Shown here: positions 49,339 to 64,000 of the stretch, one piece after another
How the letters are laid out: every line of letters begins with the position of its first letter
Position numbering within the stretch: position 1 is the first letter of the stretch
Assembly: GCA_036172245.1 (NCBI GenBank)
Contig: JAYWIR010000020.1
Location: 744,001 to 808,000, forward strand
Direction: 5' to 3'
DNA: 64,000 bases
DNA from: Raillietiella orientalis
Lineage: Eukaryota
Program-made: the position numbers and the translations under genes
Notes under the pieces: model-generated
The model's database searches: none
What the model was told of the DNA's origin: nothing
Seen by the model: the letters and a program-made list of their open reading frames with translations, nothing else

Positions 49339-51226
49339 GTACTTATATGTACCCAATATTTGAAACTATCTGTTGGCTCATTTTTCTATCCATGCAAATG
49401 TTTGCAACATTTCACACAAATAAACAAAAGTAAGTTTCCAAACTACTGACAACAGTTGTATTTCAAATATATACTGGTGTGTGAAAGGTTAATGTTCAAA
49501 CACATAAGTTCATACAAAAAAAAAGTGCTCTTGCTTATTATTTGTATCATGAGTAAATAATACAAGAAATAAACTTGCCTCTTGTTTCATATCACTTTGT
49601 TTAAAAAAAAAGACAAATTAGTCGTTTTTCCGCCAAAAATTATTTATGATGAGTACCAGAAAATTACGTATTTTAATTAAGAACCCAAAATGTTACAAAG
49701 GGAGTTTCGTTTATCTAATCAATTATTTAATTGTTTGAATATGGCTAGAAAATGTTTGTCCCATAATTAGAATCAATGAATGCGGGAAGAGCTTCACCAA
49801 ATCCATTAGTTTTGTTGTTACTTATAATTAATTTGCACCATCATTAAGTTCGACGTTTACATTATGATAATGACTGCTTCATTTGGGGGGGGAGGGGGGC
49901 ACGCTCATTTTTCCGAATTCGAATTCCATTTGAATTCTCAAATTCATTTCCTGTGTGCATTTCCAATTTATCGCGGAACTTTAAAAATCGTGACAAATGG
50001 GAGTCTTTACAACCAGCCTTGTGGGTGCTTCACCACAGCAACAAACGGTGCGAAGATGAGGTTGAATAATAGCAAACGCTTATGAAGTCATAGCTTATGA
50101 AGAAGCTATGACCCACACGGAGCACTGTAGTTGTTATTTACAGCTATATTTATGCAGTATTCAACGCTATTATCCTTATCTTATTAAAGAGTATTATTCA
50201 TAAAGTGTCATTATTCCTATTTAGCTTCGTTCTTTTCGCTTTTGCTTACCGCCAAACCAACCCTTCGAAGTCCAGGGATCATATTTGCCTTCAGACTTAC
50301 CAGGGTAGGAACAGCTGACACATAAACCATTTTCAACCTAACGTTAACTTTCGCATATTCGGACCGAATGCATGAGCACCCAAATTAGGATAGAAAAAAA
50401 ATCAATCATTTTATAAGGTTCTTCCAAACTTCCATGGTTTCCCCATTAGAGTGTTTTGCTGACACACATCAAGGCCTCAAAGTTGGGTATACATAAACGA
50501 GGACAAAGTGATTCGACCAGGTAGGAAGAAACCGCGCTTGCAAGAATTTCGATAGAATTTAATGACAGCATGAAGAGTGGCAAAGTACAGAGAATCATCA
50601 GGAAGCGGTTTTTGTAGGATTGCTCAACTAGAAGTACAAATCTGTGGAGTATTCACAAATTTTTGTTTACAAACAGCAAATGAACGAACGTTCTTGGCTC
50701 TGCGCATGAAATCGCATGGAAACCTTTGACGAGACAAGAAGGAACAAAGTATCTGTCCTTTATTTTCGTTAGGGAAAATAAAGAAGATTCTGGGGGGGTG
50801 GGGGAAGAAAACCACGAACTATTGAATTCTGTTGCGATGAAACTCGAGCTTCAAACATTTCGAAAAGTTAAGAGGTACTCGGGAAGTAACGCAAAAGAAA
50901 TGAAAACTTTCGAAAAGCTAGCAGAGAGCATCAATCTGTGAGTGCTTGATACAAATATATTTGCACATACGTAATCAGGTGCGTTAGGAAGAAAATGAAT
51001 AGGTATTCAGAGGCAGAAAATCTAAAAAAAAAAAAAACAACCTAACGGGATGAACTTGACATGTATCACATAAATAAGAAGCAAGCAGTAATTCAAAAAA
51101 ACAAATGAGTAAGTGACATTACAGATACAATGAATAAAGGAACGGTAATATATTACAGAAAAGCAAGGAATCATACATTACAAATTGTAGTTTTCTACAT
51201 ACTATCAAAAATGCTAAACTCTTAAC

Positions 51227-51876
51227 CTAGTTGCTTCCTGCTCTTTCAAGATAAACACGAGGAATATAGCCATGCTTGTAGTTTAAAATAGCAGATTTTT
51301 GTTCAATTTCTTCAGATTTTTTTCTGTTGGTGATTAGAGAACCAGAAAGCGATTTGCAATTATTCGACTTCATAGGGCTGAAAATTTCTTTACTGTGATC
51401 AAGCTTTGAATGAATAAAATTTGACATTTCATTTTCATTAATTAAGCTGCAACATAAATTTGGGATCATTGAAGACTTTACCTGCAATTTCAAAGTATGA
51501 TTACTTTGTACTAAGCATTCTCACCTTTATCCTTTCGTATGCTTGGAGGAGTTCGCTTGTTGCATGGTTTTGTATCCGCAGTTTTGGAGTTACTTTCTGA
51601 AGACAACGTAGCCATTTCAGCTGATCATTCCTGTCTTTAGAACCCTTCAGAAAACTACATAACTATTTATATTTGCATTACTTACAAGAACCATTGTCTT
51701 GAATCTAGTAACAATTTCAATACAGTACATATTATCTTCAATACAAAGGTTGACATATTCGATAGCACCCAAATTCATGAAATCTCTGCATGCTTGTAAA
51801 TTCCTATAAGTTTTTTGACTATCATAGCATAGCAGAATTTTGTCACAAAGAACGAACCAATATTTTCTCCAAACTT
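51227..51876 (-). CDS. PH-domain-containing protein, 3' part; first exon(s) not resolved
   Basis: Exons about 51876-51686, 51644-51525, 51481-51227. VWRKYWFVLCDKILLCYDSQ...MNLGAI...YCIEIVTRFKTMVLGSKDRNDQLKWLRCLQ follows the PH pattern, including the conserved Trp of the C-terminal helix. Confidence 0.72.
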
Positions 51877-54800
51877 CTATGCAAATCTGACAAGGTAACA
51901 AATAATTACCCAAGAATTTATGTGAATACATCGAGAAGTTACATTTGCACATATAAGGAAAACGAAGATAATTAAAGAAACTAGAAAACCCAATTACATA
52001 TACATCCATTGCCAAACAAGGATTCAGGGTTCCATTATTAATTACATATAGGGTTCCTAATTACATATTATAAGCATCCTTGGATACTTTATAATGAATC
52101 GATTTACTTGAAAGCAATCATTCAAGAAACTCGCTTCAAGCACACATGAACCAGAGGCGGAAGGAAAGCAGAAACGGAAAGCAATTTTTCAAGATTGAGT
52201 TTCCGAGCACGTGAGTTCATCTGGCTTACAAGTCGGAGATCTATCAAGTATAAAATCCGCTTTTGGTGAATATCTTTAACCCACATACACCTAGCAATAT
52301 CTGCAAACACGAATCACAACTAAAGTTGTTTTGCTTGCCCACTACTATAACTGCGATTTCTAAAATAGAATCACCTTGTGGTACCCACTTTTCAATGAAG
52401 AAATTAAATATCTTTTGATCAACAACTTGATAAAATTACCGGACTACCTCATGATTAGTGATTTCTTGTCGAAACCACCGAAAAGAATCATCGCATTGCA
52501 AATGATCCCTTTCTATACGAAGCACGCCACCTTGCAGTGTGCAAGACCATGTTCTCCTTAGATAATTCTCTGCCTAGTCTTGCAGCAACAATTCCTGATT
52601 CGGATGAAAAACCAACTATTTCTGAGAATTATGCTGTGGAATTAAAGTTTTTTTGTGACTGCTCTATTATCGAATAGACTACATTAAAGGATTGTCATCT
52701 TTTCTCAAGTGTAGCCAGTTCATTATGACACTTCTTCATCGTCTCTGAAAATTCTTGATGTCGAGATCACCATAAGAATGGAACAATAAGTAATTGCCTT
52801 AAGGCTAGGTAATATCAACACGAAACTAGACAACAACCGAGAGGAACAAAGGAAACGAAATACGGAGGCTGTGCCAAAGTTCAGCAATTCAAAAGGTGTA
52901 GTACTGCTCGTAGGGTTTGGTACTAAAAACATCAAGTCATTCCTCTTCCTATTTGATTCGAACCTTTTTTTTTAGTGAATATAAATGGGTATGATAATCA
53001 CCTGATTTACCGACAACCTTTTGTTCAAACCAATGCTACTAATCCTATGATACATGATATGGCTTCCCTTTTTTCCCTCGAGAATTTAGGATGCTTCGCA
53101 CTTTGCCCTCTGGATGCTTTGCAATCATCCAAAAATTAAGAACTGTATACTTTGATGTGAATGAAATGTAACGTCCATCTGGAATTGGAACTTGGCAATG
53201 TGAAAAATTATCCGCGTTCTGCGAGTGTGTCAGTTTTCAATCTCTTCCGGTGACTTAATGCTGAATGCTTAGGCAGTGAATGCTTTTTCTTCTGTTTACA
53301 AAGTCACATCATCATCTTTCAAGCTTTGGAATGTATGCAATCGAAAGCTTTAATTAGTAAAATGATGCAAAATTGTCCGTTGAATCAACGAGATTTACGT
53401 AATGAATCCCATTCTTTACAGATGATAACCTAAAATACTTGAGATGGCCATTTGGCTTATTCAGAAGGTATAGTTCAAAATAGACCAGATGTTTGGTGTC
53501 GAAAGCAAGTCACATTCATATATTTATGATGACTATTTATTTATTTCAGTGTTACGAATGGGCGGACTTACAGAGCATTCCTGTGACACTATGTGAAATT
53601 CCATTACTACTTGCCTTTTTGAAGGCTAAATCCAAGCAAATAAAAGTCATGTATCCCAAAAACTCCGACTTCAGACGAACAAATCCGTATTCCGATGATA
53701 ATTAGGAGAAATCTTCACAAAAATCTGTGAGCATAACCCTGGAGAATTATTTGCCGACCTATTGCAACGTTGCTAATATTGGCAAAATGCTCCAAATTTT
53801 TCATTGCACTCGGATAGATTCAAGACAGATGCACGATCAATGGAGGAGTCCTGGTGAAATCTGGCAAGGACAGCAGTGCACTGCCGCACCCCACTACGGT
53901 GAAGATATGGAAAGTCAAAGCTAAGAAAGATCAAGTAGAAAATGAACCAAATACACGGATGCTACAACAGAATCAGTTGTTGTTGCCTACTTGGATGACA
54001 CCGGTCACGAGAAAGGAAAAAGCAACTCAAAGAATACTTGAGTTAGCAGTTCTCTTGCCCATGAGCGTTTTGAACAATTTAAAAAGGAAACAAAGAGAGG
54101 CAAATGTCTTCAAAAAATTCCAAAGACTCGATTTTAGAATTCTATGCTGCACTTGCATGTAAAATCCGTGATCATGACAACATTAGTTTGTAATGAAATA
54201 ATGCCAATTAAATAGTTTATTCTCAATAATACTTTCAAGAAACGAATGCAAATTCCCATTTCATTATGCACATAATTGTGTTCGGATATGAGTCTGGTTG
54301 TTTCCTTTCAAATTCGCCTTTAGTTTCGATTCTTCCTGCAAAGTCTTTGCAAAGTTTAGAGGTTATTTTATTTCGGTAATGCGAAACCAATTTTATGCAA
54401 CATATTTACTAATAACAATACACGCAAAATAAGTAACCACCTACTATTAGTGTTGATAAAAAAAAAAAGGAACCTAAATTACTAGGTAGTAAATAATAAA
54501 TAGCGACGAATGAAACAACTAATTACTTTAGAAGGCAAATTTTCAGTCTGTTTCTGATTCTTTTTTCTTAAATAAAAAATTTGCAGTAATACAATGTATA
54601 TATTATTTGGAAAACGAAATGCATCCGTCAATGGTTCCATTCAAACGTTTTATTCAGCGCATTTGTAATCCTGTTTCTGTTCCCATGATCTTTATGGATT
54701 ACAAGTGTCTTCTAAGATTTTTTAGTTAACTGGCATTCTAATAAACTGTCATTTCAAAGCTTCTCTTCATTTTTTGAAGGAATTTCTAATTCTAAGTACA

Positions 54801-57800
54801 CTTTTTTTTTATTAAATTCATTTTTTATTTTCTATTCTGTCTGTATGGAAAGTATTCTCCTATCTATCTCATCCCAATGCACTTTCAGTGTTAAGCGTGT
54901 TTAATGTTATTTTTCCCGCTTTTTAAATAGCTATAATCACAATTCATACTTTCTAATTGTCGCTTTTGTTTTTTTTTCTTTCTTCTAAACATCACAAACT
55001 TTAATAAAAGCGCAAACATTCAGATATAATTACAAGTAGGAAATACTGAACCAACAAATCATGAATAACTACTTTGTATATTTTTTGAAACACATAATGC
55101 AAAAATTCCCTTACTACCTTTCTCATCATTGACCTTTATTTTATTGAGTTTAGCATCTGTCTCCAAATTCTTTGTTTACTAAAATACTCTTAAAATCTTT
55201 GAAAGTCTGCAAATCTATTGTGGTGTTTCCCAAACACCTCTTTATGCAATGAGTTTTGTCGTACTTTCATGTCCCTACGTTTTTTAAATAATGAATCCTA
55301 ATAAACAGTTAATATAGCCATCATTATTCTTGTCATTTCGCATCATTCTTCCATTCACTATAAATTTTCTTCTTAAATACACGAGAAGACTTACGATTTT
55401 CCATAAACAGTTAGAGGCAGTGTTTTGCAATAGTTGAGATAGGATCAAGAAAGTCATTCGTTTTTAAAAATTCGTAGTTTATCATTGCATTTTTCTGTTT
55501 TCAAGTGCACGGAGCTTTCAGAAATAGGAAATTCGAACCTCGCAATCCAAGCTGTTTTCAGAATTTTAACTGTTCACAATTCTGCTTTGAAAATGCTCAT
55601 GAACATTCTAAACATGGTTTTCCTAAAACTACCTCTTGGGGTCTTAGATGCTTACTTGGAACTTTAAAAAAAATTCGGAATTATGCCTCTGGGATTACAC
55701 GGCAATGGAAAGAGTGAAGTGCAAAGGCAAAAGAAAAAACCCTAATTAAAACTTTATAAGATTTTTTAATGTCATTTCCTAACATTTCTGTGTGTAAATG
55801 CTTCCTTTGTTCTAAAGAAAAGGCTACATTATGCATTATTGAAAATGAACACTAAAGACCGAAATTCATAAATGTTGTCATATTTCTTGTTCGCTTATCT
55901 TAAATACGATAACATTTTTTGAAAACCATGAATTCATTTTGAAATATTCATTCCGCCACTCTGCGAAGTTCATTTTGCTTTTAAAATTTTCGTTTTTTCG
56001 GATGTAAATTGTTCTAAGCTTTTAGTCTTGGATCAGAAAGTTTTGAGGAATAGTCATAATGGATTCAAGACTGTAATAAAATAAAAAATATGCATAGAAT
56101 TCAAGCATTCATAGAATTAGTAAATAAGCCAATGCAAACTAATTTAATATATCAGTTATGTTAACGCAAATGTAAATGTAATTACAATACTTCAATAACT
56201 TAGAATGAATGCTATAAACACATAAATGAACACAGATTTAGAACTTCCTTTTTAATATTAGTCAGAGCTTTATTAATTTTATCTGCGAATGGGAATTTCA
56301 CCATGTTAAGAGATAAATAAGACACATTTTCACGCTGATGCATTGTGATTTGTATCAGCATTCGATAATCCTTATCATCGAATGACTATGATAAGAATCC
56401 TAAAAGGGGATGACTCTATTCAACATAGTCCTTGTTACTTTGAACTCGTTTTGATGACGTTTTTCGAAAATATTTAGGTTTCCTAAGAATTTATTCATTG
56501 CAGGATTTCACTTACCGTTTTCTTCATCTTTAAATACCCCTCTAGTCTTAAACTGGGGATTTCGAGGTCTCGTTTCAAAAATTCCATCGAAATTTTGGGT
56601 ACAGTATACTCTAGTGTAGAACGGAAAGTTTCATAATTTTATCAAAGCAAAGTATCAAATAGCACAACTCAAGTCACCTGGTGTTCTTTACGGAATGCTG
56701 GGCCTTTTATTTTGTTAGCTCCATAAATGAAAATGGTCACAGAATTAAAATCAACGATCAACCACATACATGGAAAAAAATAGGTGAGGGTGACAAAACT
56801 AAATGAAACGGTTCAGGAGCTCACAGCTGAAGCCGTAATTTTGTAAACTATGCCAATTAAGTGAAATTGGTTATGCTTTTTGAAACGAATCACTTGTTTA
56901 GACAAATTAAAAGCTTATTGTAAGCATTACTGTTTTCAAAACTAAATAAACAAAACAAACTGAATCACCTTACTTTCAATTGGAAGTTGACTTTCCAAAT
57001 GAATGGGTTTTTCTTCCAAAGCTTCAAAACAGTACTAATTAGTGGTCGCTATATTACTAATCAATGAAATTAAAGATAGGATTTCCATATTAATCATATT
57101 CGGTTGCTCAAACACAATTCAAGAATTCAAGCATGTGTATTATTTCAAATACTCATACTTGACTTCCAAGCTTTCAATAACGTCAATTATGAATGTTCGT
57201 ATTAACAGGGTGAAACATACATTAAATAAGAAAGAAACACTAATATTTTGAAATTTTAATCATTTATAAAGTTTCTATTTATGATTTGCATACATATCTA
57301 CTGGATCTCGTTTCCCTAGAAACACCTATATAGAAGCCAACACTTCGACATATTTTGTTTTCTGATTAAATGCCATCAAAAAATTTTATATTTCATTTTA
57401 AACAGTGAAACATTAAAAAAATCAACATTTCATTAGATACGAAATGATTTTTCATGAACAACAATCATCATCTTTACTTAACTTGACTATTAATAATTTC
57501 TGTTGTTTCTTAAGATTGCTTATATGAAGAACTACATTTTCTTTTGATTTATGTTTTTTTCATATCTTTAATTTCTCAAACTTGCAAATGACCCATTTTC
57601 TGGTAACTTTAGAATTACAGCTCAAATGACAAAATGATGAGAATTCAAATCTTGAACATTTCTGCAATTAATAGCAAATTTTTAGAGCCTATGCAAAATC
57701 TTAATACGATTGCTATTATAAAAATCCATTTTAATCTTTTGCTGCTTAAAATAATTTACAAATAAATGAAACCATGGAAAATCACACTCTTTTCTACTAC

Positions 57801-60800
57801 CGATCCAGTGAAATATTTTTGGGGAAAAAATGTTCAAGCAACTTAATTCCACTGTCTTGTATTTCTGTTAATCCTTAATTAGCTATCATCATAAACAATT
57901 TTTAGCAGTAACAGAAAACGTTGCATATGTTTCAGCTGCATGGCTTTCAGCTTTGCATTTTTGAAGATCATTCTAAAAAAAAAAAAATACGGAAGTAGTC
58001 TAAGAACTACAATTTTGTATTCGCAATTCTTAAGTCGTAGATGATCGGAAGGATACAATACAAAATTGACACTTCAAAAAATATTCATAGCTCCTCCTTT
58101 TTCCGTTTTTTTTCACCCATTATCTGACCAATAGAATAATAACTGTTGTATATTTACTGTGTTACACAGCATTTTGAAAAATTTGCTTTATTTCTAGACT
58201 TTACTCATGATGACGAAGCAGTTACACCTTCGTAGAAAAAGGAGAGAAAAAGGAAATGCCAAAAAAACAGAAATCTCCTCAAACATGTAGAGTTTTAATT
58301 CCACAGTTTAGAGGATGGCAATCAACACTGCATATGAATTGTTTCTTAAAGCCTTCTATTGACAGTGTATTTGCATTCTCTAACGACGCAGCAATAATTT
58401 GAAAAAGAAAGCAATTGTTCTATTGGACAAATATGTACAAGTAATTTCCAAAGTCCTTCGGTCGCCTGATTATTTGCATTGAGTGAGTGCCCTATAGATA
58501 TAAAAATGGTCTAAAATCATCAAAGTAGAATTAATTTAGTCTTCACACACAGCAAAGCAAGTGGCAGAATGTCATTTCTGTTTTGTCCGACAGGGACAGA
58601 CAGTTCTATGGAGTACCATGATTGAAGGGGGCTTCAATGAAGACGAAAACGTGTCTCCATCGAAGACTCTATGCAATCAGTTTCCTTTATCAAAAAATGA
58701 TATGGTATAGACTTCAAGAGAACACTCGTAGTGGACTGAAGTTTTTCTGTGTAACTTGTATGAATGAAATTGTAGCATGAATGTAAAAGAAAATAAATTC
58801 ACCATACCCCTAGTGGGACTTGGGGAAATCAAAAAATGGTATTCTAATCAAAAAAAGAAACTGCCGCTCCAGTGTAATCTTGTATTAGATTATCAGTCAT
58901 TATGAAGTTTAGTTAGTATCTATTAGTACGCTCAAGATCAATATTGTTGATAATGACTACCTCAACAAAAATATCACATCAATGGCATCATAACTAGTTA
59001 ACGATGGCTAGTTAAGCACTCAAGTAGAAAACACATTAGCGATAATCAGTTCTCTCTTATTCTGTGTGAAAAACAACGCTGAAATTCGTGCATTACACTT
59101 CCAACATTCACAATTTTTTTGTTCATTGCTTTGTAACATTCGTGTACCTGTGGAACACACATGCACACGTTTTCACCCTATTTTTATATATGCAATGGAA
59201 TAGCCGCATACGCAAAATAGTCATGTATGAAAAATAGCGAACCTCGTGACTGAAATTTCTTATGCTAGGTTTCCATCCATCTTTTAAAAAATTAATGTTT
59301 CTCATTATGATGTTATTTAAGGTAACAATGAACTTCCTTAGTTTTGATGAATTTTATGGGAGCTAGTGTAGATTTTCTTTGAGAAGATCCCAGCATGGGA
59401 AGCATTAGAGTACATATTACTGATAACTGCGAAACCTGCGTAAATGTAAACTGCTAGAACTATGCCAAAGAAGAGGGATGCCCATTAAAGTATGAAAATT
59501 AAATATTAAGGAGTTCAACGCGAGACGAAAAAGAACACCGAATAGTCGATACAAAACTTCAGTCTGGGTAAGGGAAAAAACTGAAAATTAAAAGCTTATA
59601 CTAGCAATGCTAACGATGGTGCACAAGAAAATCCAAGTTCGCTTAGCAAAGTTTAAGAAAAGTAACAAATAAAAAAAAAATAAACCGAGAAAATTATTCG
59701 TAAAATGGAGAGAACTAAGGATTCTACATAGTTAATCATAGTCAATCTAGATAATCATAGTTAATTCTGGAAGTAGCAACAGAGAAAAAACTGGAAGAAT
59801 AAAAAGTGTGGTATTTGGCTTCCATTAAAATGTAGTAAATCAAGGTAAACTGCGGATTTCATTATCTGCATGTTAAACACGTATATTCGGAAGAGGAAAA
59901 ATAAGATTGTTTGTAGATACCTGTAGGTAATGTTGCACTGTTTCTGAATTCAAGATTTTTCACAATTTTCTGAATATTTCAAATAAAAGAAACTAATACT
60001 TTAGCCATTTGTGCTTTTCCAATAGAAAACACATCAATCATAGGCATTTCTACTAAGGAAGATGAGTAGGAAATCAAGTTCTAATCCAAAGAATTGGAAG
60101 GATAGGAAATATGCTGTAAAAAATGAATTTCGTGTGTATTACCTAAAAGAAAGGGTACGAAGTACCTATGAAATAAAATCATCAATCTATGGAAATGAAT
60201 TCAGTGGTTGAAAAGGAATCGTCCAGGAATGATATTTAAGTTTTCCTTATGCAGGATTCAACAATGCAAGATGCAAAATCTATATGAAAGATTGAAGAAA
60301 TCATAGGGAAACGTGGAAAACCACAATTGAAAATCAGGCTGGAAATCGTTTACTTTTTATTACATACTTTTCAAAATCCGTTTTGATGCGTGTGACTGTT
60401 CATATGAGTCGATGTAAAACGAAGATATGTATTTTTTCTTCCACATATAATTTTTTACAACCGAATTATATTCAGGAAATAAAGGTGCATTCCATCTAAG
60501 GAGGGGACATAATGAATAATGTGAAACGGACAACGTTTGAAAATAGGGGAAAAGCAGTATCGTTATTAAATGTGTGAATAATTTGTCTCATGCAAGCTAG
60601 CAGTGGCTCTAATCAAATTTTGAATTTTCATTTCTACATTATAGATTTTGTTTCAGGAATGTTTTAGTTTACCGTTACGCTGAATCAGTAAATAAGGGAC
60701 ACTTAGTGACCTACATCTAATGTTTTTGCTTTCAAAATGCCGACCATCGATATAATCTTAATACATATTTAACGCGACGAATTTCCTCGTATAACGCAAT

Positions 60801-62547
60801 GAATCACCTCCTTTGATGTTGTGGATCATTTCAATTCTGTGATGCAGTTTCAGTTCAGCTGTTAAATTCTATTTTACTGAAATTTTCGTAAATATAATTG
60901 CGCGAATAGATACATTTTCGATAATGAGAATGATAGAGCTGATATAGCATTGATTCCATTGATGAATATCAACCAAACTCTGAAGGTTTTTTATTCCTTT
61001 AGATTAAATATAAATACTTTTTATTTTTCAAGATACTTGTCATAAATTTCATAGATATTATCTTTCATAATATTCGTGTATAGCCCATAGGACCCGTACA
61101 ACATGGATTCGTAAAACGCGGAAAGTTCAAAAGTATTCCCCACCTTATGCGTAAGTCGATTGAATTTCAATTTGAATCCTAAAAAAGCTGTGATTCCTGC
61201 TTGCTAGTACCAAGATATGAGCATCAGTATGAAAAAACAGGCGCAGACAGAGTAATTCATAAAAGTCAAATAGCATATGCGATAGTTAATGCATTCAGAG
61301 AAAGATATTAGAGTTGATGATTTTGGAGAACGATGTTAATTAGGACGGTATCGAAGACATGCGAATTATTGGAACAGCACTCAAAACTGTCAGATGATTT
61401 TTGATAGCCTTGTAGGACTACTTTTCTACATCTGTTAGCAATTTCGATCAGATTCATATTCATTGTTATCAACACTCAGATGGTGTGCTTAAAGAACAGG
61501 GGAATAATAAAAGAAAATAATAGCCATAGTGTGAGCACGCTGATTGATTGCGTTCAAACTGCAGTGGCTGATAACTGATAACTTTGAAGGATGTGGATAA
61601 ATCATTAAAAAATCATATTTAATTAGAGGTTACATCTAGTTCGATGGATTTTTTACTCTTATTTCAAATGGTTTCACTTTCGTGAATCTTGTATATTATA
61701 CAATTTCGGATACACTGAACAGTCTGGAAACTTCTTACCTGAGCAAAAATAAATGCTTTATTCTTGTAAATTCGATAGAATAGAATAGATGGAATTCTTT
61801 GTAGAGTTCAGCAAAAGGTATCAAAAAACTTCAGAAACATGCTTTTGTTAATGATATTAATTCTTAGTATATGGTTACTACTGCGAAGACTGAAGGTTCA
61901 TTGGATTTCAAAAATCTTTGTGCATATGTTTTCAGTTTTTGAGATTTGCAGATATTCGAAAATGTTTGGGAACTTTTGTATTGATAGGAAAAGAGTGCCC
62001 GATTAGAATCACGGTATTATCAGTAGCAGTAATTACAATTAACATGCTGTGATTATTATAGCACTTGCAATTTGTGGTTACGATAGGGTTTTGAATAAGT
62101 GTTTCTTATTTTATATGTAGTTTTCTCTATGAGGAAGAATTTGTACACAACCAGAAAATTGGCGAAGACAATTTTGAAAATAGATTAAATGAAAATATCA
62201 TTACGAGACGTATTAGTAAAGTTTCGTTTATATTGGTAAGCATGTTCCACAATGCAAAGAATTATTTTGTGTTGGAGTGTTGGAGTTAAGTTTGCAATCA
62301 TGCAAGTGTTGTGCGAAATTTCGTTAGCATCATGTGAACACAGTAATCTTCGAGAATTTGAAGTTATCCAATGTGAAATGAAGAATTTTTTCCCCAATTG
62401 GACAGCAGCCGGACAGTATCGTATAGCCGGCATTCATTCAAGATTTGTTTGAACTCTATTAAGAATGGTAGTTTGCATAAGTGTGTAATTTTCTACATTT
62501 TATATTTCTATGTGATTGTTTGGTACATTTCATATGCCATTGTTGAA

Positions 62548-62691
62548 ATGAAAAACATTTTAAATCTGGTGAAATGTTCACTTTCTTTAGTATTTTTGAT
62601 AATGTTTATTGGTGGATTAGTGACTATGATGAAAGATTTGGGAAAGAATAGTTGTTTGATGACCTATATGTTTGAACAACCGCAATATATT
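62548..62691 (+). CDS. PGAP1: GPI inositol-deacylase, first coding exon (gene continues past the window)
   Basis: MKNILNLVKCSLSLVFLIMFIGGLVTMMKDLGKNSCLMTYMFEQPQYI then a GTAAGT donor: N-terminal hydrophobic segment followed by the NxCxMxYMFExPxY motif typical of PGAP1. Confidence 0.75.
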
Positions 62692-64000
62692 GTAAGTATG
62701 TGAGGATTTGAAATTTTGCTAATTATCATTGAGGTGTAGAAATAGCACTTTTTAGATTACCAATAAAACACAGGGGGAGCATTATTTGTTTCGAAAACAT
62801 ACAGTGTTAATGATTAGAAGCAATGTTAAAAGTTATAAATTTCAATTCAAACATATAAAAATGATTCTTAATTTTGTTTAAAAGATTCGATTTAAGTTTT
62901 TTCTTTGATATGTTTTTTTAAACCATATTTCGTGTGCATAGTATGGGTTGCCCACAGTGTCTCAACAAGATCCTGAAAGGATGTATTAAAAACCATTGTT
63001 TTTATATTAATAACATAGCTTAACATAATAACATGTTTTTAGTATCAATTAGTTTCAAGTATCAATTTTTTTTTCTGAAAATAAGGAAAACTGGATTTTA
63101 AGTGGTAAGTCACTGCAAAACATGTTTGTACTTGCTGAGTTGCAATGTGACAAATGATGTAGGTGATATTTGTATAGTGGCACAACTAGAACTTCTTAAT
63201 AAAATTGTAACATTTGGGTAACCTTCATCTGAATATTTATAATTAGAAGTCCTTGCACTGTATTCATTTTAGTAAGCTACAATCAGGTGTGCATAATGAT
63301 TAGGATGTATAGAGATTCATAGAATTTTGCTTCATTTTATGGTATTATCTGCTGTATTTTAAATTGAGTTAGTGGCCATTTTTCGTTTCAAATATTAAAA
63401 TAATAAGTGTCCTTCAATGGGTGGTTCAATTAAATTGGTTAGGAAGAAATTAAAGACATAAGTTTAACTGTGGAACAACAAAATGGAGTATAAGTATTGA
63501 TTTCGATTGAAATTAAGCAGAGCATTTGAGAGGAACAAAGATTGTTGTTGAGAAGATGGAAAAAAAATTTTGATACATTTTTTGTATCCAGAAACTATAA
63601 GTTCCCATTTGAACAATAGAAATCTTTTTGAGTCAGAGGCAAAAAGTTAAAGTTCTGTTAGTACTTTTTAGAAAATACAATGCTGTCTGATCATATAAGT
63701 CATAAATACAAATGATATAGTTGGATTTATGTATTCACTGACGTAAAAGACAACCAAGGGCCAAATTATTGACTCAGAAAAATATTTATGCAAATATGTT
63801 TGGTCTATTTGTCATATGGAAGTTTTGTATTCATAAATACTTTCATATTTAGGTTTTTGACGAAAAAATACCAATCACAATCGAAAAATTTCATTATTGA
63901 CTATGTTTTAAAATAATAAATAATTAGTGATGATGACAAAAGGCATGAAAGCTTGATTTCAAGTTCTGTCATTCCATGTTCTAATGATAGAGTACATTCA

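Noticed and set aside
53590..54060. Scattered reverse-transcriptase-like words (ENYLPT...IGKML, WQGQ, VVAYLDD)
   Set aside because: They lie in broken frames and are spaced far too closely for an RT domain; not supportable without a search.
52955..55541. Isolated TTCGAACC B-box-like words near 52957 and 55532
   Set aside because: No A-box or cloverleaf; no intact tRNA or rRNA gene was seen in the window.
58607..58660. Nested stems with ATGA...GAAA suggesting a hammerhead or SECIS
   Set aside because: No CUGANGA core, no G.A quartet geometry and no associated selenoprotein ORF.

Overview
AT-rich eukaryotic DNA, most likely from an invertebrate animal with a compact genome; many spliceosomal introns are only 40-54 nt. 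Gene models reconstructed by hand: a selenoprotein thioredoxin-glutathione reductase (Grx CPFC + TrxR, C-terminal GCUG, SECIS in the 3' UTR; + strand, 10.5-18.8 kb), a very short CP110 (-), REXO1 (-), a CUB-like/LDLa single-pass membrane protein (-), an intronless PTPS followed after only 90 nt by DDX47 (+), a PH-domain protein (-) and the first coding exon of PGAP1 (+). The strongest leads are: (1) a hairpin starting right after the Sec UGA that buries both the true stop codon and a proximal AATAAA upstream of the SECIS; (2) the operon-like PTPS-DDX47 pair; (3) a GC-rich tandem tRNA-headed element with a ~40-nt twin-hairpin repeat array at 25.6-26.55 kb; (4) frequent AAG acceptors confined to the mini-introns. 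I could not assign genes with support in 1-10 kb, 34-41 kb or 54-62 kb. All calls come from reading the sequence; no searches were run.
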